Below, in pieces: positions 31,186 to 38,601 of a stretch of DNA of 63,578 bases. Under the pieces are notes generated by a model. It was not told the origin of the DNA and made no database searches. It was given only the letters and a program-made list of their open reading frames with translations. Position 1 is the stretch's first letter; the number at the start of each line of letters is the position of its first letter. Source of the stretch: a virus; IMG/VR virus record IMGVR_UViG_3300030497_000009; one strand, 5' to 3'. The position numbers and the translations under genes were made by a program.

Positions 31186-31511
31186 ACTTTTTAATTCTGT
31201 TATATGCTCACCTTATGGCTGACTACGTGTTTCAGAATGATTTTCTTGCTAAGATGAAAGGCAAAAACTTAATTATTCTTTTTACCCACGCTGGGCTTTG
31301 GACTGGTACCATCGCCCTGACTGGGCACCTGTTAGGTTATGACGTTGGGTATGTCGATATTAGCTTACTTTTTGTACTACACGCTTTCATGGACTATCTG
31401 AAAGCAAACTCTATTGGAATCTTTAGCAAACTGGATGGCTTAAAAGGTGGTCTCCTTTATGACCAACTGTTCCATGTTTTACAAATAATCGTATTTATGC
31501 AAATGAACTAG
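31182..31511 (+). CDS. DUF3307-like membrane protein
   Basis: HLMADYVFQ..K..H...H..D..K..DQLFH pattern. Confidence 0.75.
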   Translation: MNFLILLYAHLMADYVFQNDFLAKMKGKNLIILFTHAGLWTGTIALTGHLLGYDVGYVDISLLFVLHAFMDYLKANSIGIFSKLDGLKGGLLYDQLFHVLQIIVFMQMN

Positions 31512-31524
31512 GAGGAATTATAAA

Positions 31525-31896
31525 ATGTCTGAAAACAAAGCTGAATTAAACGTAGAAGAAACTGAACTAACACCTGAGGAACAGAAGAAAGCTGACAAGA
31601 AAGCCGAAAAAGAGCGTAAAAAGCTTGAACAATATTCTAAGTCTATGATTTCCCGTGGTGAAGCCTACCAAATGTCTAAATCTATCGCTGCTGAAGAGGT
31701 TGGATTCCTAGCTGAGTTCATGCGTGAGCCGTTATCTACGAATATCGTACAAACGATGGCGCTGGTTGACTTACTAGTTGCTAAAGGGCTTATCACGTTA
31801 CCGGAGTTCGAATCACAACTTGAAAAGACACAAGAGAAGATTGCGAAGCAACAGGAAGCAGGTGCTGAGGATGGCGGAGAAGAAAAAGAGAGTTAA
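31525..31896 (+). CDS. Hypothetical protein
   Basis: GGAGG RBS, 123 aa. Confidence 0.7.
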   Translation: MSENKAELNVEETELTPEEQKKADKKAEKERKKLEQYSKSMISRGEAYQMSKSIAAEEVGFLAEFMREPLSTNIVQTMALVDLLVAKGLITLPEFESQLEKTQEKIAKQQEAGAEDGGEEKES

Positions 31897-32398
31897 TGGT
31901 AAAAGTAAAGGTTCAGGTTTTGAAAGGTTAATAGCGAAATTGCTCACCAGTTGGTCTGGTGAGCTTTTCAGCAAGGTTCCAGCTAGTGGTGGTTTACGAT
32001 GGGGCAAAGACCACCGTGTGGCTGGCGATATTGTACCACCTGTCGATTCTGAGTTTCCTTTCTGCATCGAGTGTAAAAAGCACGAGGGCTGGCTAATGGA
32101 CGACTTGATTAAAGGAACAGGCAATATCGTTAAGTGGTGGAACCAATGTACTCGTGACGCTGACAATATCGAGAAAACACCGTTGCTTGTCTTCTCACGT
32201 AATAGAGCACCCATCTTCTTCATGGTTCGCTATGAAGATTTTGTAAAGCTCTGTGATAACGGTAGCAACTTTACTACAAACTACTTGATAACAACTTTAG
32301 ATAAAGGCGATGGGGAACTGGAATGTGTGGGTGTCGGTATCTTCGACGAGCTTTTAACCTTTGAAAAAGAGTACCTTTACCAAATTATATCGGAGTAA
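31871..32398 (+). CDS. Holliday junction resolvase (Hjc-like PD-(D/E)xK)
   Basis: KSKGSGFER..PASGG..GDI..IECK. Likely start is ATG 31871. Confidence 0.85.
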   Translation: MAEKKKRVNGKSKGSGFERLIAKLLTSWSGELFSKVPASGGLRWGKDHRVAGDIVPPVDSEFPFCIECKKHEGWLMDDLIKGTGNIVKWWNQCTRDADNIEKTPLLVFSRNRAPIFFMVRYEDFVKLCDNGSNFTTNYLITTLDKGDGELECVGVGIFDELLTFEKEYLYQIISE

Positions 32399-32439
32399 AC
32401 AAGTGGGGCAGAATCCTTTCTGCTCCTTTCTTGACCAAG

Positions 32440-32472
32440 GGAGTAAATTATCCCTACGAAGACTTATATTAG
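32440..32472 (+). promoter_or_regulatory. Phage-specific promoter motif
   Basis: GGAGTA-N21-TATTAG upstream of the RNR. Confidence 0.65.
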
Positions 32473-32516
32473 ATGTACTCTACTAACGGAGTATAACCCT
32501 TAAGGAGGAGAAAGTC

Positions 32517-34964
32517 ATGTTTAGATTATCAGAAGAATTTATTGCGAAATACAAAGGAAAGCCAGCACCGTTTGGTATGATTGGTGGAGTTACCTATAAA
32601 CGAACGTACTCACGACCTGTCTACAAGAATGGTAAGATGAAAGACCGTGAGGACTGGGTTGACACGATCCGACGTGTAGTTGAAGGTAACATGAACCTTG
32701 GAATTAAAAACGGTGACCCAACGGCTACAAAAGAGTGGGCAGAAGACGCTTTCCATTATTTCTACCACATGGCGATTATGCCTCCGGGACGTGGACTCTG
32801 GATGATGGGTACGGATTACGCTACTTTACGTGGTGGTGACGCGCTGAATAACTGCTGGTATACAGCTGTACGACCTCAGAGCTATGAAGATATCTTAATG
32901 TTCAGAAACCAGCAATACATCTTTACGAAGCGACATGAGAAGATGGTATCATTCCCATTCGTATTTATGTTTGACCGTGCGATGCTTGGTGGAGGGGTTG
33001 GGTTTGGTGCTAACCGTCGTAACCTTAACCAGATGCCAGGAGTTTCAACTAAAGTTAACCTTAAAATCTTCCTTCACGAGAACCACCCTGACTGGGATCG
33101 TATTAAATCAAGTGAAGAATACTCTCGAATTAAAGATATCTTAACATCTGATAAACAAGAAGTTCAAGAGCTAGTTGACAACGGTGGTGAATACTACCTA
33201 GCTACTGACGAGCGAGAAGGTTGGAACATTTCTGTTCGTGAAACTATCGATGGACACTTTACCGAAAAGCCTGAAGTAACGTTAATCGTTGACTTGTCTG
33301 CTATCCGTGAGTACGGGGCTGACATTAAAGGTTTCGGTGGAACAGCATCAGGTCCTCTTCCATTAATCGCGGCATTAAACGATGTTAACTACATCTTAAA
33401 CTATCGTGTTGGAGGAAGAATGACGAGCGCTGACGCGTTGGACATTATGAACCTTTTAGGGCGCTGTGTAGTAGCTGGTAACGTCCGTCGTACAGCTTTA
33501 ATCGCTTTAGGTGACGCAGACGACGCAGACTATGTTGAAGCGAAAAACTACAAGCTTGTAGAGCCGATTATGGAGAAAGATGAAAACGGTTGGACTAAAT
33601 GGGAAACGAACGAATTTGGACGTATGGTTCAGGTACGTAAACCGTTTGAAATTGTAGTTGGTGAAATTGCGAAGAAACTTTCTGAAGGCAGAGTAGCTGT
33701 TGACGACCTTGCTGTTAATATTCAAGATTCAAATGACACGTGGGCACAAGCCGAGAAAGAAGCGCAAGAGCTTTTCGACCTCGCATTTAAGCAAGAGAAT
33801 CACCGTTGGGCATCTAACAACTCTGTTTACACTCATGAAATGTTCGATGACCACCATTTCATCGCTGCTGGGATTATCGCGAACGGTGAGCCAGGAGTTG
33901 GTAACGAGTGGTTGATGAAGAACTTTGGACGTATCAAGGATGGTTTCCAAGAAGCTATCGATGGTGATGCTGAAGGACTAAACCCTTGTGCGGAGATTAC
34001 ATTAGAAAACGGTGAACCATGTAACTTGGTTGAGTTCCTACCTTTCGTTTGCGATAAGTATGGACTAGACCACAAGAGAGCGTTGGAGCTAGCTACGCAA
34101 TATACGTACCGTATCACGTTTGCCGATTATATCTGGCCAGTAACGGCTCGTGTAATTGCTAAGAATCGACGTATTGGTGTATCGATTACAGGTGCCCAAG
34201 ATTACTTCTTAGTAAAATATGGCCACTATGCGCTTAAAGAGTTCAAAGATGGAGATATCACTGAGCCGGTATTCCACCAAGAAATCGTTGACGAGCTAGA
34301 TGGTTGGTATGAATACGTAGTAGAAGTAAATAATGAGCATGCTGTGGCGCTTAATTCTAACCCTTCTATTAAACGTACAACGGTTAAACCATCGGGTACA
34401 GTAGCGAAACTTCCGGGAGTATCTTCTGGTATTCACTGGCACTACGCGCCATACATGATTCAACGTATCCGATTCCATGAAACAGATCCTAACTTAAAAG
34501 TGTTGGAAGCTGCTGGACTACCTATTGAGAAAGCTCAGAAAGAACCTAACACGATGGTTGTAGAATTTCCGATCAAGAACGCGAACGCTGACCACCCAGC
34601 ATTTAAGTCTTCTGGTGACGTATCGTTGGAAGAACAATTTGCTAACCAGTATCTATTTGCTTACGCTTGGGCTGATAACGCGGTTTCTGCTACGTTGACG
34701 TTCAAATTTGAAGAAACAGATAAAATCGAACCTCTATTAAAAGCTTACAATAATAGAATAAAGTCAACATCGTTACTTCCGTACAGTGGCAACGGTTACG
34801 TTCAAGCCCCTTGGGAGCCGATTGAAAAAGAAGAATACGAGCGACGTTTGAAAGAAATGAAGATGTCTATTGAAGATGCTTATGCATTAATTCCATTAAC
34901 TTTCGAAGCCGATGAAGATATGTTAGATTCTGACTGCGCTGGCGGTGCATGTCCGATACGATGA
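32517..34964 (+). CDS. nrdJ: Class II (adenosylcobalamin-dependent) ribonucleotide reductase
   Basis: RTYSR, PPGRGLW, ALNNC, GNVRRTA, NPCAEI, CNLVE, VKPSGT and C-terminal CAGGACPIR. No beta-subunit gene in the window. Confidence 0.92.
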   Translation: MFRLSEEFIAKYKGKPAPFGMIGGVTYKRTYSRPVYKNGKMKDREDWVDTIRRVVEGNMNLGIKNGDPTATKEWAEDAFHYFYHMAIMPPGRGLWMMGTDYATLRGGDALNNCWYTAVRPQSYEDILMFRNQQYIFTKRHEKMVSFPFVFMFDRAMLGGGVGFGANRRNLNQMPGVSTKVNLKIFLHENHPDWDRIKSSEEYSRIKDILTSDKQEVQELVDNGGEYYLATDEREGWNISVRETIDGHFTEKPEVTLIVDLSAIREYGADIKGFGGTASGPLPLIAALNDVNYILNYRVGGRMTSADALDIMNLLGRCVVAGNVRRTALIALGDADDADYVEAKNYKLVEPIMEKDENGWTKWETNEFGRMVQVRKPFEIVVGEIAKKLSEGRVAVDDLAVNIQDSNDTWAQAEKEAQELFDLAFKQENHRWASNNSVYTHEMFDDHHFIAAGIIANGEPGVGNEWLMKNFGRIKDGFQEAIDGDAEGLNPCAEITLENGEPCNLVEFLPFVCDKYGLDHKRALELATQYTYRITFADYIWPVTARVIAKNRRIGVSITGAQDYFLVKYGHYALKEFKDGDITEPVFHQEIVDELDGWYEYVVEVNNEHAVALNSNPSIKRTTVKPSGTVAKLPGVSSGIHWHYAPYMIQRIRFHETDPNLKVLEAAGLPIEKAQKEPNTMVVEFPIKNANADHPAFKSSGDVSLEEQFANQYLFAYAWADNAVSATLTFKFEETDKIEPLLKAYNNRIKSTSLLPYSGNGYVQAPWEPIEKEEYERRLKEMKMSIEDAYALIPLTFEADEDMLDSDCAGGACPIR

Positions 34965-34971
34965 CCATGAT

Positions 34972-34998
34972 AGCAACCTTAACGGGTTGCTCTTTTTT
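34972..34998 (+). terminator. Rho-independent terminator
   Basis: AGCAACC/GGTTGCT stem plus T-run. Confidence 0.75.
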
Positions 34999-35035
34999 CA
35001 TTTCAAAATAATTTGACAAAATGTTACAAAAACTG

Positions 35036-35064
35036 TTGAAATAGTGTAAGCCCCGTAGTATGAT
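35036..35064 (+). promoter_or_regulatory. SigmaA-like early promoter
   Basis: TTGAAA-N17-TATGAT followed by GTTGTAGCCGAGA, as at 21673. Confidence 0.7.
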
Positions 35065-35175
35065 AAAGTTGTAGCCGAGAGATACGAAATTCAGGAAAGA
35101 TAGAATAAGTCCCAAGGCTATGGTATATAATATGAGTAAGAAAATAATTCGAGTCGAAAAAGGAGAGAATTGAAA

Positions 35176-35994
35176 ATGAAAAAACAATTTGAAATGAATG
35201 GTAAAAAATTCCCTAGTATGTTAGCTATCGCGAAAGAACTTGGTAAAAGCCGTATCTACCGTAACGACTTTGACAAGTACGGTATCAAAGAAGTATCTGC
35301 TGAAGAGGTTACTGAAGTTAAGGCGAAACCAGAAGTTGAAGCGAAGCCGGAAGTTAAGCCTGCTGAGGAAGTTAAAGAAGCTAAAGAAGTTAAAGAGGTT
35401 GAAGAACCTACTATAGAAGAAGTAGCCGAGGAAGAGGAGAAGAACGAAGCTCCTGAGCCGGTTGAAATGGATCCTAAGCCTGAAGCTGAAAAGCCTAAGA
35501 AGGAAGCTAAGTCTAAACTTTCTGACGAAGAGAAGAAAGCTCGCTCTGCTAAACGTCGTGCTGAGCGTCGTGCTAAAAAGAAAGCTGAACGCGAAGAAGC
35601 GAAAAAGCCAACGGCTGACCAGCTTGCTGCTGCCAAAGCTCTTCAAAAGAAAGCTGGCTATGACGATATCTGGGATTGGGCGGTTGATATGAAGAAGATG
35701 GACGCGGAAGAGGTTATTGACCTAGCGAAAGGCTTAAACCTAACTTGGGAAGCTCACGAGCAACCTAGAATTAACCGTATGCGTGTAGTAATGGCTCTAC
35801 GTGAAGCATTATTCCCAGGAGAGAAACGTCCGAAAGTTCGTAAATCTGCGTGGCACGGTATCCCGAACGAAGAAATTGAAGCTCTTGCGAAAGAAAATGA
35901 TTTAAAGTACGCGAAGAGTGAGGATCCTAAAATCACGAGAATGCACGTTATAAAAGCCCTAAAAGATGCAGGTATCGAAAGCCCTAGTAAGTGA
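35176..35994 (+). CDS. Charged low-complexity protein with two C-terminal helix-extension-helix-like repeats
   Basis: E/K/P-rich linker; repeats ending RMRVVMALRE and RMHVIKALKD. Confidence 0.7.
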   Translation: MKKQFEMNGKKFPSMLAIAKELGKSRIYRNDFDKYGIKEVSAEEVTEVKAKPEVEAKPEVKPAEEVKEAKEVKEVEEPTIEEVAEEEEKNEAPEPVEMDPKPEAEKPKKEAKSKLSDEEKKARSAKRRAERRAKKKAEREEAKKPTADQLAAAKALQKKAGYDDIWDWAVDMKKMDAEEVIDLAKGLNLTWEAHEQPRINRMRVVMALREALFPGEKRPKVRKSAWHGIPNEEIEALAKENDLKYAKSEDPKITRMHVIKALKDAGIESPSK

Positions 35995-36177
35995 GGGGCT
36001 TTCGTAACTTGAACGTAATAAAGGGAGCAGGAGATAGGCTGGCTGTACTAATTGGATGTAGCCAAAGTCGAAAAAAGTCGAACGGTAGTTCGAAAAAAGT
36101 ACTAGACATATTTACCTAAAAAGGTTATATTTACTAAGGCGCTGAAATTTCCACCAAAAATAAATTGTTGACAACTA

Positions 36178-36209
36178 GGAGTAAACTTCTGCTAGTCGCC
36201 TTTTATTAG
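36178..36209 (+). promoter_or_regulatory. Phage-specific promoter motif
   Basis: GGAGTA-N20-TATTAG. Confidence 0.65.
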
Positions 36210-36258
36210 ATGAAGCGTTAAAAAATTTGTATGAGAATTGAAAGGGGAATACAAAATT

Positions 36259-36597
36259 ATGTCGTGGCAAAATCAAGAAATCAATTATGTGGTAATGTAT
36301 CGTTCAAGAGTATCTGGAGCAACTAAAACGGAGTTACGTCGTACCGATTATGGATTTAAGCGTTTAATGGATACGTTAGCTTATCTTGGGTATGATGTTT
36401 CTGAAGGCTCTGAAGAGGTTCTAGTGACTAAGCAGAAGAAAGCTTGGAAGCCGATTCGTAAGGGTGGTTTTAAGAAGAAAGACGAAGAAAACGGTGAGAT
36501 TAAGGTTTTTGGCAAGAAGTCGAAAGACAAGCCTTTATCTCGTGAGGAACGCGTCGAACAGCTTAAAGCTGAAGCGAAGGAGCTGCTTGACATATGA
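36259..36597 (+). CDS. Hypothetical basic protein
   Basis: AGGGG RBS before ATG 36259. Confidence 0.65.
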   Translation: MSWQNQEINYVVMYRSRVSGATKTELRRTDYGFKRLMDTLAYLGYDVSEGSEEVLVTKQKKAWKPIRKGGFKKKDEENGEIKVFGKKSKDKPLSREERVEQLKAEAKELLDI

Positions 36598-37109
36598 GTA
36601 AGGGTGTTACTAAACGCGGTTCAGACCGATTAAGAAGACCGTCTTTCAGCGATGAAGAAAAAGTATTCATCTTTGAATCTATTGATGAAGCGAAAAGCCG
36701 AGGGCTGGAAGTTAAAACGGTAATGGAGGATCTTGCCGATACTCTGGGTGCTAGTGTTAGCATGGTAAAGAACGCATTCTATCATAAAGCAAACCGCAAG
36801 GTACTTGATAAAAAGCCCGATCCGGTTGAATCCCAACTTTCTATTAATGAAGTTGAGGATGACGAGATTAAAGAGGTTGAAGTGAAAGAAGAAGTTAACG
36901 ACGCACCTGTGGCTGAGAAGCCACCTGAGCGTGTTAGACAGATTGTAGATGTTAACTTATACGATTTAGTTAACGCGCAGTCTAAAGTTCTTCTTGACCG
37001 AATTGAAAACCTTATAGCCGAACGTGATGAATATAAGCGACTGTATGAAGCTGAAAAAGTTGAGAAAAGTCGTTTGAAGGAGAAACTCTTCGAACACTTT
37101 ATGAAGTAA
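36594..37109 (+). CDS. Myb/SANT-like (RsfA-like) DNA-binding protein with coiled coil
   Basis: FSDEEK..IFESIDE...EDLADTLGASVSMVKNAFY pattern; C-terminal heptads. Confidence 0.5.
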   Translation: MSKGVTKRGSDRLRRPSFSDEEKVFIFESIDEAKSRGLEVKTVMEDLADTLGASVSMVKNAFYHKANRKVLDKKPDPVESQLSINEVEDDEIKEVEVKEEVNDAPVAEKPPERVRQIVDVNLYDLVNAQSKVLLDRIENLIAERDEYKRLYEAEKVEKSRLKEKLFEHFMK

Positions 37110-37135
37110 GACAATAAGAAAAAGAGGTGCTTGAT

Positions 37136-37396
37136 ATGAACGAGGAATTGAAGTTTATGGATGAAAAAGTGAAGCTGGTTGAAGTCGTTGGAACAATTTT
37201 GAAGTCAAGAACGCAATCAATCAAAGTGTTAGTTATTGAGAAGGACGGAGAAAAGTTCGTTTCGATTCAAAAGTGGTGGAAAAAAGCGCCAGAGGACGCT
37301 TGGTCTGAAGGTAAAGGGTTTCACTTTAACCATGATGAAACCGTTCATATCGGGCAATACCTCGATAGTGCGAAACAAATTGCTAACTTTGCTTAA
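37136..37396 (+). CDS. PC4/YdbC-like ssDNA-binding protein
   Basis: FVSIQKWW....W..GKGF motif. Confidence 0.7.
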   Translation: MNEELKFMDEKVKLVEVVGTILKSRTQSIKVLVIEKDGEKFVSIQKWWKKAPEDAWSEGKGFHFNHDETVHIGQYLDSAKQIANFA

Positions 37397-37436
37397 GTTA
37401 TGTTAAAAAGTATATAATATATGGGGGAATTTACGA

Positions 37437-38048
37437 GTGGAAAAAGTTCTGTTAACTTGGGATGACGTTTATGTACAATTCAATAATTTGGTTAAATGGG
37501 CTGCTGGAAAGGCTTACAGCGAGAAAGAAAACGTGGACAAAGCGGTTAGTCCTCAAGATTTGTATCAAATTGGGTTGCTAAAGCTTTACGATTGCTTCAA
37601 TAAGTATAACCACCTTACGATGGAGGAGTTTAAAGCGGTCTTTACGAAAGCGCTCCTCCGCGCTGTAAGACGTGGTGCTAAGTACGGTGAAGAGTTTGAC
37701 TATGAAGATGCGATTACTGGCGAAGAAGGACAACAAGACCAATACATAGAGCAACTTTACTTCAAAGAAGGTCTACAACAACTGCGTGAACAACTAGTAT
37801 CTCCGTTAGCGGTGGCAATCTTAAGCGAGTTAATTGAACCGTCTCCGCGAACAGTTTATGAGGTATGGGCAGATTCTGCTCGTAAACGCCAGTTGAAAGA
37901 AAATCAAAATAAAGAAGTCAACCTTTCAAAGCGTACTGAAGTCAAAATGAAGCATATTCGTAAAGCTCTTGGAATTACTCCGAAGCAGTTTGATAAAGGT
38001 ATCTCTGAAATCCGAAGAACAGCCCAAAGTGCATTTGTCTTAGCTTAA
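37437..38048 (+). CDS. Divergent sigma-70-family factor
   Basis: Region-2-like QDLYQIGLLKLYDCFNKY..F; C-terminal HTH-like HIRKALGITPKQ. Confidence 0.6.
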   Translation: MEKVLLTWDDVYVQFNNLVKWAAGKAYSEKENVDKAVSPQDLYQIGLLKLYDCFNKYNHLTMEEFKAVFTKALLRAVRRGAKYGEEFDYEDAITGEEGQQDQYIEQLYFKEGLQQLREQLVSPLAVAILSELIEPSPRTVYEVWADSARKRQLKENQNKEVNLSKRTEVKMKHIRKALGITPKQFDKGISEIRRTAQSAFVLA

Positions 38049-38076
38049 CCAAAAACCGAATATTGGAGGAATTTAA

Positions 38077-38544
38077 ATGTTAGTAATCGACCCAAAACTG
38101 TTAGAACAATTAGAAGGCTCATCCTGTTTCTCAATCGCTCATGATCCCAAAGCGAAAGAATGTAAGATGTGTGACCTTCAGCAAGAATGTGCGGCAAAAT
38201 CTGCTGGAAATAACATGTTTGACAAAATTAAAGTTTTAAAGCCTGAAACAGAACAAGCTATGAAAGAAGCTGCCAAGAAGCAGAAAGCTCGTGAAGAAGA
38301 ACCTAATGAAGATGGTTTAACGGCTCGTCAGATTCGCAAAATGCGTCGTAAAGAAGAAAGAGAACGTATTGGTATGCCGAATACGAAGAAGATGTCAGTT
38401 GACGAACTTTGGGCGTTGCTCGAAGAACGCGGTGGAACTTGTGAAACCTACGATACTGAGCGTACGCAAAAGATGCGCTTAACGATTGCGATTAAAGAAA
38501 CGTATATCGCAGAGTACGAAGCTAAACAAAAAGAAGAAAACTAA
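38077..38544 (+). CDS. Cys-rich (putative Zn-binding) protein with C-terminal HeH-like repeat
   Basis: CF..HD....ECKMC....C; C-terminal KMRLTIAIKE resembles the 35176 repeats. Confidence 0.65.
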   Translation: MLVIDPKLLEQLEGSSCFSIAHDPKAKECKMCDLQQECAAKSAGNNMFDKIKVLKPETEQAMKEAAKKQKAREEEPNEDGLTARQIRKMRRKEERERIGMPNTKKMSVDELWALLEERGGTCETYDTERTQKMRLTIAIKETYIAEYEAKQKEEN

Positions 38545-38553
38545 ATAACTTTT

Positions 38554-38580
38554 GAGAGTGGCTGTGAAGTCACTCTTTTT
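38554..38580 (+). terminator. Rho-independent terminator
   Basis: GAGAGTGGCT/AGTCACTCTT stem plus T-run. Confidence 0.7.
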
Positions 38581-38601
38581 CATACAATCAGGAGGTATTT
38601 T

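Noticed and set aside
36063-36100. Short repeats AAAGTCGAA in the intergenic region
   Set aside because: Only two to three short imperfect copies in A-rich DNA; no supportable function.
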